A stretch of 64,000 nucleotides of DNA from Harriotta raleighana. Lineage: Eukaryota. The translations under genes and the position numbers were made by a program. Position 1 is the first letter of the stretch. The number at the start of each line of letters is the position of its first letter. Shown piece after piece: positions 1 through 10,905 of the stretch. Under the pieces are notes generated by a model. The model saw only the letters and a program-made list of their open reading frames with translations, searched no databases and was not told the DNA's origin. Location: contig JBNZDD010013610.1 in the NCBI GenBank assembly GCA_050575255.1, positions 1,720,366 through 1,784,365 on the forward strand. The letters run 5' to 3'.

Positions 1-309
1 ACCTGGGTTTCAGCAGGAATATGCCCTTGCAAAGTGGTCAGGAACACCTGAGCAGGGCCACATGCAGCTTGCATATCTGCAGACGTTGCTGTTTCTTGCT
101 ATGAAGGCGACAGAACTTTTTTTTCAGAGAAGAAGTTCGTAAATGCGTGAATTTTATATCTAATGCAACACTTAAAGCAAAGCCCTCTGATGCACTGCAT
201 GTTTGCCCAAGCAATATAACTGTGTGGAATAGGTCCATACTGTTGACTATAAATGATGCAGGTTAGACCTAGGAACAGACTTTCAAACAAATCTGAGTCC
301 CTTGTAGGA

Positions 310-385
310 CTTGTTGGTAGCTCTTTCAAAGAACTGGCACAGTCATGATGGACTAAATGGCCTCCTTCTGTGCTGTAAGATTTAA
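310..385 (+). mobile_element. CR1-type LINE 3' end fragment
   Basis: tagctctttcaaagaactggcacagtcatgatggactaaatggcctccttctgtgctgtaagatt resembles the recalled chondrichthyan CR1 3' UTR (gatgggccgaatggcctccttctgtgctgta). Confidence 0.65.
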
Positions 386-2049
386 TATTCTAGATCCAGC
401 TTGTGAAGGATAACATGCAACACATAACATCACCAAGCCACCTTCCCTTTGCCCTCGTGCACCACATTGCAGAAAAGGTCAAGAAACACATTTCCAGTTT
501 TCTCCACGTGTTTTCAAAATATTTTTTTCCTGCTCTTGGCCACCCATTTTCAGTTTTTATACAGTAGCTCTCAACAAAAAGAAAAAAAGGGTCATATTCC
601 TGCATTATTAACAGTAGCGTGTTCTTGCAAGAATATTGGACTTGGATTTCTGCCAAAGTACATTATAATATATTAAATGTAATCTCCTGCAAAGTGATTA
701 AAAAAGATCAGAGTGGCCCTGGCATATTTCTAACACATTGTGCTGAATTGTATGACATCTGTCACAGAGCTCATATAGTCTGAATTGGAGTAGCCTGGTG
801 TATGGACAGTTGCTCTCTCAGTCATATAGGAAGTAGAATTATCCTGTCCCTTGCGCTTGTTACACGAAGCCCTGACGAGCGAGGGGCAATCGCGCATGTC
901 GGTATTGTTGGCTCCCCTGATGGAAACACGCCAAAAACTGAATAAAAGGTGGAGAGGAGGGCTTGGAAATTCAGATTGGTTGGTGCCTTAATTAAAAAAT
1001 TATGTTGAAATCCCCATGACGGCTTTCATTGTACACAAAAACATCATGGCGCCTAGATTACAATCAGACTAATAAGTGAAATGTTCTGACTTAATAAATA
1101 TCATATTTATATTGCTTCAGTACAGCAAAGATCTTGTGCTCTCTTCACAGTTCAGTGCCAGCACAGAAAACTGTGTGTTTTATTTTTAAAAAAGAGCAAT
1201 GGCATTACAGTGATTTACTCCGCTGTACATATGCTTTGTCAGGCTAATGATTGAAACTTTTGGCAGCTTTTTCAGTGGCGTTCTGAATTGCAGCAATAAA
1301 TTTTGCTGTTTTGGCCAAGTCTCAAAGAGTTAATTATACTGTGCGGTACACACACCTGGAGCAGACTGCCTGATATGTTGGGGAGGTAAATTTTTTTGTT
1401 GGGTCGCGCAGTCTTGTTTAACCATCAGCGTTTCATAACAATTAAAAATTGATTCCTGCAACAAATTTTTCACCATCTGTTTAATTCCGACATGAATTAG
1501 AACGCTTGCATTCAAAGATCCGTAATGCCAGTAAAGCCCTCGAAATAATGTTGTTCCCAGTTCACTGGAACCGATCCCTTAAGCAGTCTCTCAGGCTATG
1601 TTATGCCTACAGTTGTCAAATCCTCTCAGAAACAGCAAGTTTATTGTCTTGTCTTGCATGTCTGTGGTTACCAGCTGAAGACTTGGCAGAAGCCTCATTC
1701 AGACTGTTTTCATGTGTTATCCAATTCCTTAATCATCTTGATCATGTGGGGGGAGGAGAGGGGGTGTTGTATCAAAAGCAATAACATTGGCACAGGAACA
1801 TGCAAGTTGAGTCCAGTCCCCATTTCGCTTGGATTTCCATTTATATACCTTATTGTCCTAGATTGATGCATCATTTGCATCTTCCTTATAGCACATTTAT
1901 TGTTGCTTCTCTTGGAACATGCAAACTGTTATTTGAGTGCTCAGTTATTGTCAGTGATCAGATCAATTGAAAGAAAAAGATAAAAATATTTTTGCTCAAT
2001 GACAAAGCTATATTTCTTGGAAGAAGGAGTAAACATCTGTTGATTCTTC

Positions 2050-2318
2050 TACCCTATATCAACCTGTCTTTGTAATCTCACCCGACTGAATTCTATCCCA
2101 CATTCCCTTTGCCTCACTCCATCCCTTGCCTCCTTCAAGGCAAGTATCAAAACTCTCCTCTTCGACCGAGCCTCCAGCCACCATTCTACACTCTCTGTCC
2201 TCCACCCTCCTTGATCCCAACCACCAACTCGGGTCCAAATCCCTGACAGTCCAGTGCCTTGGGACGTCCCCCCGACGTGAAAGGCGCCATACAAGTGTCA
2301 TTTGTATTGTATTGTATT
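2050..2318 (+). mobile_element. L2 LINE 3' fragment (ORF2 C-terminus, 3' stem-loop, (ttgta)n tail)
   Basis: Decayed frame NSIPHSLCLTPSLASFKASIKTLLFDRA fits the L2 ORF2 terminal motif (WNSLP...SL..FK..LKT.LF..A); ends gtgccttgggacgtcccccgacgtgaaaggcgccatacaagtgtcatttgtattgtattgta. Confidence 0.85.
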
Positions 2319-3684
2319 TAGCTCCCCCTACTGCTTAGAAATCCTTGAAATCTACATCACAAATAAAGAGGCCATTCAAACTGCTGCATTAGTGCATGGG
2401 GCATAGAGCAACTACAGATGCATCTGGAGTTACCTATGGGCCCTTACATTAGAATCTATGCTGTGATGGGCAAGGGGATGGGGGGGAAAAAAATCTGTGC
2501 ACATAAAATCTACGTAGAGGATGCACATCAAAGCAAAGCCGGCTGGATTTTTTCCGCCATTGGTCAGGCTCAGCCAAATGTCTCGCAATGCAACCAGGGC
2601 TTGAAACAGAAATAACAAAACACGTTTTGTTCAGCTCAGAATAGGTCAGAAAATAGGAATAAATGAAATGAGGCAGGGAGTCGGTGATGCCAAGGCAAAC
2701 TAACTTGCCAAGTGACTGCAAGAGCCATTCTGGTTGGTTCATTTGAGTCTCCTGTTCATTAGCAGTATTGCGGTTATGAAGGGAACATTTGTTATTTTAA
2801 GCACACAGTTTTTTTTCTAGCAAGTGGGTGTAAGGAAAACAGCTGTTAAGACTTTAAACAGCGAGCACATTTTGTTATGTCCATATATGGAATGAAAATA
2901 GTATCTCATTGCCTGAACAATGCAGTCCATGTTTTTTTTAAAAAGCACATCTTAAAGCAGGAGCTCTTGACCACATGTGATTATAGAGAGAAGAATACAC
3001 AGATGTCAAAGCTAAAGGGCACTTGATCTGGGAAGAAGCTTTGTTGGTCAGCCCATACAATATATCAGTGAGAAAAACTACAACATGTGTGCTTAGATGC
3101 CTCAAATGCCCTCTTTATCTCTTGATCACCACACTTGTAGGAATAAAAAATCAAAGCACTTCAAGTACTAAAGACAACAAAGCACCAGTGAATCGCTTAA
3201 AACTCAGGCTTTCATTCTCACTAAGGTATGGATTGGGAACTTAGGTGGAAAGTTCTTGAGGTTTGTACAGGTTTTATTGCTTACACCTCAAGACACCCGT
3301 CCCTTTGTACAAAACTCCTTTCCCCAGCATGTCTTTCTTCAGGATCTCCTTTCAGAATCCCAAATCGATTCTAAACTTGGATTGCATGTCTGTGTTATTG
3401 CATTAGTGGTTGAACCCATAAATCTTGCAACTTTCATAGAAACCAAATGAATCAAACAATACAGGTAGAAGCTACGTACCTTCAGGCCAGAATGTAAATA
3501 TCTCAGAAATATACCGTATCCAAATATTTAAAATGCTTGGAAATGCCGCAGATATTTTAGATTTCTAGACAACCTGCTATGTGTAAATACTACTGTGTTA
3601 AAATACACTAGCAAATAAACCTCTGCCTGTGTTTAGTCTCGCCATTTAGGCATGGAAAGCTGTAGTAACCTGTCATTGGAGTTG

Positions 3685-3790
3685 TCTCTGTGTCACTCTC
3701 TCTTTCGTTGCCCATCTGTCAGTCACTGTCTTTCACTCTGTCTCTCACTCTCCCTCCATCTCTGTCTGTCTGTCTCTCTCCATCTCAACC
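3685..3790. repeat. Degenerate (CT)n/(TCTG)n low-complexity tract
   Basis: Seen directly in the sequence. Confidence 0.75.
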
Positions 3791-4169
3791 CCCCCTCCCC
3801 ACTTCTTGGCCTTTCTCTTTACAGTGTGTGCTGAGGCTGCCTTGCCCTTCTGGAAATGCAATACATTCATCCTGTGCTTAATGCAGGGACTGACAAGGTT
3901 TCACAAAATTTCAATCAAATTTATGTCGTAAATGTTTCTCCATACAACTCTCGTGTAACAGCAGACCTCCATTGTCTGCAAACACATTACTTCAGCCCGT
4001 CAGCGTGTGTGTGAACTCTTTCCTTCTGCCACATCGTTCATTCGGCTGATTGAAATTTTTTGATGGGGGCTGCAGAGGAGAGTTTCACAGCCAAGCTGTA
4101 AAAAAAATCAATGCCCTAAAATCAGTATACACTAGCTTTGATACCTCTGCTATTTTTGGGGTTTGCCAA

Positions 4170-4325
4170 ATTTTTCCCTTTTCTCCCCTCTCCTGAAGGT
4201 CCCGACTCTTTGCTGGGTTATGGTTCCACGGGCACCGCTCACCCTCTGGTATCTCGTCGAAGTGGCCATTCTTCAAGTGTTAGCCTAGATGGTGAGTTAT
4301 TTGGGCAGGTTATTTAACCATTGGT
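4170..4325 (-). mobile_element. Old unnamed interspersed repeat (SINE-like), 3' part
   Basis: Shares 'tcgtc(g/c)aagtggccattcttcaagtg' with 61783-61809 and has weaker similarity to 36650-36800. Confidence 0.6.
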
Positions 4326-4582
4326 TGTTGGGTAGGGTTGGGTGGGGGGGCGGGCGGGAGGGAAGGAAAGGGTTGGATGTACAGCATTTAAGATCGCTTG
4401 AGTCACTGACTAGTAAGGGAAATCCTCCCCGATGGGAAAGGCACTATACAAATGTATTTTATTTGGGAGCGGAAACACTCTCAGGTACATTTGAGGCAAA
4501 CAGTGACAGCCCTCCTGAGATCAATCAGCTGCCCTTAGCATAGATAAAATAATTAATTTTATTAATATTAATTTTTGATTAC

Positions 4583-4862
4583 CATTATTACAACCTTTGC
4601 ATTTGATATAGCGCCTATTACATTGAAATGTCTCAAAACACTTCACAGGTAATGATACCGTCAGGTGCAGTAACTTGTTTTATGTAGGCAAATGTGACAG
4701 CAAATTTGCACACAGCAAGGTCCCACAAAAAGCCATGAGGTGAATGACCAAATCACCTGGAGGTTCATTTGTTATGACTCCCGGAGAAACTCTCTTTTCA
4801 TGAGATCTTTGGCATCCACCTGTACAGATAGACAGGACTTTGGCTTAGTGTCAGTCTGAAGC
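4583..4862 (-). mobile_element. Deu-domain SINE (SacSINE1-like), old copy
   Basis: L2-type tail ttgcatttgatatagcgcc; Deu core acagcaaatttgcacacagcaaggtcccacaaa; further SacSINE-like body gatctttggcatccacctg. Confidence 0.7.
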
Positions 4863-7282
4863 ATGAACCCAATGAGCTTGCTACTTTCTGGTGTGTTTGC
4901 TTGAGTGCTACTTGGGACACTGTCTTTACCCTCCAGGCCACTGAGGGAAAGCCTCTCCTTTAATTCTATAGATGTAATATTTCTAATTGGGCTGCACATC
5001 AACCATGGTCAAGGAAGCAGATGGCTGACCTGCTCCGAGGCATCTGGCATTGCTGTTCTGAGCAGCCACTAGGAGATGTCAGAGGGTGTTCAGCCCATGG
5101 CTGAAATCCACCAAGTTTCCCTGCCTTGTGAGCGAGCATCTGGCCATAACAATGTGAACCTGAACAGGTCGCAGGGAGGGTGGAAGTGGGGGAAGGGGGG
5201 GGCAGGGTAAAACTGTCACTAAATTGCACTGTCTACTGCAGAATTTTAAGAACGAATCGCCCAAGGTCGCATACACAAATCCATTAGCTAATTTGGCTAA
5301 GAGCTCAAGAAAACTAGCAGCTGAATAACAAATGTGAATGCATTTTAATCAGGAGACTAGCGCGAGAGCCAAAACTGAACACAGTGACACTTTTTATTGA
5401 GTTTCTCCGACACCTACAGAGTCATCAGAACATTAGCCTCAACGCTTGCTTTCTGCCTGATGACAGGACCTCAACCATCACGCTTCATGTAAAGTACACT
5501 TAGGGGGAATTAAAGTCCAAATGTTGTGATGAGTGGAGGACTGGATTTAGTTTTATTTTAAGTCAAATTCAAATGGGAGCAACATAGTAAACGTTGATCC
5601 GATCCTATAGGCAGCAAGTCCTGTCACTGGAGAAAACAGTACTGGAGAGACTGGCCAGAGAACTCCTGCTATCAATGAAGGGCTGGCAGCAAAAGGTGTT
5701 GGCAGGAATTTGACAACAACAATGCTTTTTTGGAGAGTCAAACCTTTTGGCAGCGGAACGCGGTTAGTTCTCTCACGCTTGGTGGAGGAGGCGAGCTCAG
5801 AAACCATGTTTACCAGGGTGGCCCCCTTTCTCATGTTGCTGAGAAGCCGATCATTGTCATGAGGGGGGATTGGGGGGTGGGAGCGGGTGGCGAAGGGAGA
5901 ATTGGTCGAGTGCTATGGAGAGGTGGAGGAGGGAAGAGCTGTTTATTTTAAAGAAAGAGAATCACCTTTCTACGCAGTCGTTTCAAGCCATCTGCTTGGA
6001 ACAGGAACACAAATTTTGTGGCTTGAGATCCCAATGGCAAAGCAACTTTAAGGCACCTCATTTTCCAGTAGACTCGCTCGCTTTCTTCTCTGCTGGTCGA
6101 GATCAGTGAGCAAAGTCTTTTTAATCTCAGTTTGAATGGCAAATTTGAGTTATTTTTGTTGGGGTTCGATAATTTATCATAAGTTATAAGGTGGATTTGA
6201 ATCCTAATTTGTTTTAACAGTTGCTTTTGTGAGGCTTTAGCTAGTTCTTATCTACACCACAAGGTGGGGCACTGCATGGCAATGGAGATGTAGTTTGGTG
6301 GGGGTGGTGGGGTGGGGGGGTCGTGTTTTTGGGTAAGGGGGCAGATGGGAGAGGCAAGAGAGAGACTCGTACAAAGCGGGAATTTTTAAAAATAAGTTTT
6401 TAGAAAACTATACATTGGCCTAAAAATGAACAGTTCCATGTAAAGGCCTGAACATTAAGAACTTTCCAGCTAACATTCACATTTGTCGAGCTTTTACGCT
6501 ATAAATAAAGATCTTGTTGTTATTAATTTACTGTAAGTTGGACAAGGTCAGCTCTTGGTTTTGTCTGGTCAATGATGTATTAAAGATTGTGTAGTAAAAG
6601 GCATTAGACAGATCTCTACAGCACAGAGGTTTTCACCTTCTACTGATGAGATCACCATGGCACTGCCACTGACACTGCTCTGTTAAATGGATGTATTGAC
6701 GTAGTAATGGGATAATTAGCTCGACGTCTCTGCCATTACTGAAACCCAACACAAGTCTCACTCCGTGTATTTGAAACAGCTCCCTGCATCTTTCTGTATT
6801 TTTTTTTTAACACAGTTCCTTTTGACTAACCAATCTTAGCTTCTCAGACTCCAAACACATTTTGTCCAGTTTATCCACCTCCTGTTTCAAATCGATTCCA
6901 TATTTCAGCCGCATTGTGTACTGAGTTGCTCAAGATACATTTCCACAATCAGATACTCTTGTGTTTTTTTGGTTGCCGTTCATTTGTTAGCTACAGGAAA
7001 TGTTTTCAACCTCAGTAAAACGGGAGTAAAAAGTAAATTCATAGATTGGGTGGTTCGAGCTGGACAAACAGCAGGAAACTTTGCCAGGTACTGCACTCAT
7101 TGGTAAGATATGTAGTTATAGCTCTGGTTAAACTCCAGTAGTACCCCTAAAAGTGCAATCCAGGGTTTCCCCCCAGCCTTGGCTCTCACCAATCAGTGCC
7201 TAATATTCTCCACAAATGGAGAGAGAGCACACATTACAGGCACTTACAGGGAAACTTCCGTGGTCAAGGAGCAGATATATAG

Positions 7283-7581
7283 TAATAATAATCCTTGCAT
7301 TTGATATAGCCCTTTTCACGTCTTCTGGATATCTCAAAGCACTTCACAGAATGTACTGTAAAGTGAAGTGACTGTATACATGTGGGCAAAACGCAGCAGC
7401 CAATTACACACAGCAGGCATGGATTGAAATGATCAATTTTGCGTTGTTTTTCTTTTGAGGGATTATTATTAGACGTGTGGAGTAAGAAAAGTTGCCCAAG
7501 CAAGGTTTTGCTCTGCCCGGAATAAAATCCAGGTATCTCGCTTGCAAGGCAGGTTCTCTGACCACTGAGCTAAAGTACTCC
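7283..7581 (-). mobile_element. Full-length tRNA-derived SINE with Deu-like core and L2 tail
   Basis: On the minus strand: head ggagtactttagctcagtggtcagagaacc (A box), body ttgggcaacttttcttactccacacg, tail aaagggctatatcaaatgcaaggattattatta; homologous to 24664-24964, 33762-34074 and 49859-50160. Confidence 0.88.
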
Positions 7582-8375
7582 GCTTCATATGTAGAACTTC
7601 AGCATGGTGTTTGGTTTCCACACACGGTCAGACACCTGCCTGACCACAAAAAGGACAGCATGGAGGAGAATGAAAATATTGGGAATCATTCATGACAGGA
7701 GCTATTGATTGGGCCCTGGCTAATTGTATAATTCCACCACAGGCTGCCTATCTACAATACTCCCCTTTATGAATTGCCACCAATATAGGCACCACTGCAA
7801 TATCCCTCGGCCCTACCATCAATTAAAAGGGACAATGGATCTTAAAAATTCAACCTGAAATAGGTTTTATGCAAAAACTGTTCACGCAGGAGTCACAAGT
7901 GAAAGTCATTTTCAGCTTGATTAGCCATGTTTAGAACGCGTTTCCTGTAGCTTCATGTACCGGTGGCTGTTTAGGTTTACAGCATGGGGAGGGCTACATT
8001 TTAATCTAATCTGCCTGTAGATTCTGCCATTAGTTGATAGGAATCACTGTCCCTGCAAGCCTTGGAGCTTATCACAAGTAAAATGAGCTTTGACCATCTT
8101 GTACTGTGGGGAGTGAGCCTAAAGCTAATATGCACAACCTACCAACTACAAACCAGCTGAGTATGCAGTTGTCAATGTTGTGGGTTAATTTAACTACGGA
8201 TGTGCCATTTACTTTATATAACTCCCTTTCCCCCTTATCTGTAGATTTTGCCCCCAGATATTGTCAGGAAGATGTGATCTGTTTTTTTTAATAGCATCAC
8301 GGTACTAAATGTTAGTGATAGAACAGGAATTCAGATCAATCTATGTGATGAAGCCACCACTAACTCCTCACTACC

Positions 8376-8443
8376 ACAACAACAACAACAACAAAATTAC
8401 ATTCATAGAGCGCGTTTCACGTCAGGAGGATGTCCCAAGACGT
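8376..8443 (-). mobile_element. L2 3' stem-loop tail-only insertion
   Basis: Reverse complement acgtcttgggacatcctcctgacgtgaaacgcgctctatgaatgtaattt(tgt)n matches the tail at 2251-2318. Confidence 0.8.
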
Positions 8444-8549
8444 CCCACAACTCCTATCTGCAGCCATTGCTAAATATTTTGGTTCCCATCCCACCATTTG
8501 TTTTTAACGGGTGCAAATAAAGAATTTGGTCACTCAATCAGCGACTGAA

Positions 8550-8687
8550 TAAGCAACACTGCTGTGCACAATTGGCAGCCACATTTCACCCAGAAAAATA
8601 CAGTCACTCCTGTATATTCTGTGAAGCACTTGGAGATGTGTCAATGTCATGATAAGTGCTCAATCAAATGCTAGGATTGTTACTATT
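8550..8687 (+). mobile_element. Deu-SINE 3' half
   Basis: acactgctgtgcacaattggcagcc ... gtgaagcacttggagatg ... atcaaatgctaggattgttactatt, homologous to the full SINE copies. Confidence 0.75.
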
Positions 8688-8748
8688 CAACGCCTTGGGA
8701 CGTCCTCCCGACATGAAAGACGCGGTATATGTGTAAACTGTTGTTGTC
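8688..8748 (+). mobile_element. L2 3' stem-loop tail-only insertion directly upstream of the splice acceptor
   Basis: caacgccttgggacgtcctcccgacatgaaagacgcggtatatgtgtaaactgttgttgt. Confidence 0.8.
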
Positions 8749-8764
8749 ATTGCCTTTCCTGCAG

Positions 8765-9261
8765 TGGGGGGCGAGATCCCTCTCGACATGCGCCTGGGAG
8801 GTGGGCAGCTGGTGTCCGAAGAGCTCATGAACTTGGGCGAAACCTTCACCGCCACCAACGACCCTTCCTTGAAGCTCTTTCAATGCGCCGTCTGCAACCG
8901 CTTCACCACGGACAACCTGGAGACGCTGGGGCTGCACATGAACATCGAGCGCAGCCTACCCGAGGAGGAGTGGAAGGCCGTCATCGGTGACTCCTATCAG
9001 TGCAAGCTGTGCCGCTACAATACTCAGCTCAAAGCCAACTTCCAGCTCCACTGCAAGACAGACAAGCACGTGCAGAAGTACCAGCTAGTGGCGCACATCA
9101 AGGAAGGCGGCAAGGCCAACGAGTGGCGGCTCAAGTGTGTGGCCATTGGGAACCCGGTGCACTTGAAGTGCAACGCTTGCGACTACTACACCAACAGCAT
9201 TGAAAAGCTTCGGCTGCACACGGTCAACTCCAGGCACGAGGCCAGCCTCAAGCTGTATAAG
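8765..9261 (+). CDS. ZFHX3: Internal coding exon of zinc finger homeobox 3 (ZFHX3/ATBF1), equivalent to human exon 3; three zinc fingers
   Basis: Translation (V)[25 protein letters not shown]...[14 protein letters not shown]...[89 protein letters not shown] matches ZFHX3 as I recall it; the N-terminal [15 protein letters not shown] and [15 protein letters not shown] distinguish it from ZFHX4. Acceptor cctttcctgcAG ends at 8764; donor AAG|GTAAGC at 9261/9262; 497 bp, phase 1 to phase 0; GC-rich third codon positions. Confidence 0.96.
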
Positions 9262-10538
9262 GTAAGCGCGAGCGACGGACGTGGAGTGGACCCAGTGGAA
9301 ATATTTTAGCTAATTCCCCTTTTTTGTTTTGTAACTCGGATAAGAGAGAGAGAGAGCGCGAAAATTGAAACACCAAGGTAGTTCTGTGGTCATCGTACTT
9401 TAAAATAAATCTCTCCGCACTACGTTCATGTGCCTCCACAAGTTATCCAGAAACGTAGCTGAGTGTTAAAATGTGTGACTGGGAGAAAAGCTCGCCATGA
9501 AATTGATGGAGACAGAGTTCCCAGAGGAGAGGTGGGTTTAGATGAAAACATAATCTCCAGACCGATGCTGTTATCTGACACTTGCTTTTGGTATGGGAAA
9601 GGAGAATGAACAGCGTGTGAGTTTTGTTGCTGGCGTTCGAAAAGGTGTAGTGAGACTTCCCTGCGGGCAGTGGTGAGGATCCCACTCAGTGAGGAAGCAG
9701 TGACACAGAAGTACTATCAGTTATTTTACGTTGCTTTAGCAGTGATCACACATGCACAGCTCAACATTAACCTATTTGAAGATGTGCCTTTCACGCAATT
9801 ACTCGACAGATTTCACCTGCCTCATTTCCTGTCTCCCCTGCTTGAATCAATACCAGCTCAATTGGGAAACGTTGACAAATCATTTCAATCCCAAAGTTCA
9901 AGTGTGGCCCTCCTGATACACCAGCACCTACAGCTGAGCTCATTGACAATCTCTCTCTTCCCCACCCCTTGCGAAATCGCACATCCTTGGAATTGGTTCA
10001 TAAACAACTTGGCTGTCATCCGAGTGCCTCCCAACACTGCAGCTGCCTGCAAACACCATCAGTTCACACCACCTAAAGGCTTCTTGTAATGTAGAGCCCT
10101 GTTGACCTATTTAGGTGAGGCTAGAGAGATAGTTATTACCCCCCAACAAGTGTGCCTTGCTCCACACGTGCTCGTGAGCAGGAGAGGTGTTAATCTGGGA
10201 TAATCAAGCACTAGATTTGAAGGACTTATTTCAAGTAACGAATATCATTAGCTGTCCAGTTTTCAATATTGTGTAATGAATGGCTCAATTTGTGATTTGG
10301 CAAAGTTGAGAATGTCCGAATTACCATTTCCAAAGAGGTTTGTAAACAGCTCGCAAATTAAACCCCTGTGTGTACATCAAAAGGCAGTGTCTGTGCAACA
10401 TCTCGCTCGCGTGGAAAAAACTGGACTCTTGTTGATTATATCAGAAGGTTAATACTGTTAAATAGCATGCGCTTTGGTAGCAGGAACTTTAATTGGAAAC
10501 TTATTTTGAATTAAAAGCATTAGAACCTTATTGTTTCT

Positions 10539-10905
10539 CAACAACAACAACTTGTATTTATATAGCGTCCTCCACCCCAGGCGGCTTAATAAAGCGGAGC
10601 CAGGGGAAGGGGGAATTGGTGACCAAAGGCGCAGTGGAACGGAAAATTCTTCAGGCGCGACCTGCAAATGGGAAAGGAGGGGGCAAGGCGAAAGGAGTGA
10701 GGGAGGGAGTTCCAGAGCTTTGGGGTGTAGTGGCTGAAAGCATGGCTGCCGATGGTGGAACGGAGGATTCGGGGGACAAGGATGAGGCCAGACCCAGTTG
10801 ACTAGAGGCAGCGGGTACTGCTGTGAGGAGAGAGGAGGTTACAGAGGTAGGAGGGGTGCAGAAGAGTGGAGTGATTTGAACACAAGAGTGAGGATCTTGA
10901 GGTCC
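10539..10905 (-). mobile_element. L2 LINE 3' fragment
   Basis: (caa)n-cttgtatttatatagcg tail, then the antisense ORF2 end gggagggagttccagagc...ggctgaaagcatggctgccgatggtgga; similar to 22962-23545. Confidence 0.75.

Larger units (their letters stand above)
1..8764 (+). other. ZFHX3: ZFHX3 intron upstream of the exon (5' end outside window)
   Basis: Ends in a canonical acceptor; no ZFHX3-like coding sequence seen upstream; repeat-rich. Confidence 0.85.

Noticed and set aside
5380-5440. Minus-strand CTGATGA-stem-GAAAC hammerhead-like motif
   Set aside because: Extra unpaired base before stem II, and stems I and III do not pair.
8764-9309. 181-aa ORF as a standalone gene
   Set aside because: The GTG 'start' overlaps the acceptor AG, and the last 15 residues are read-through past the GTAAGC donor; it is an internal exon.
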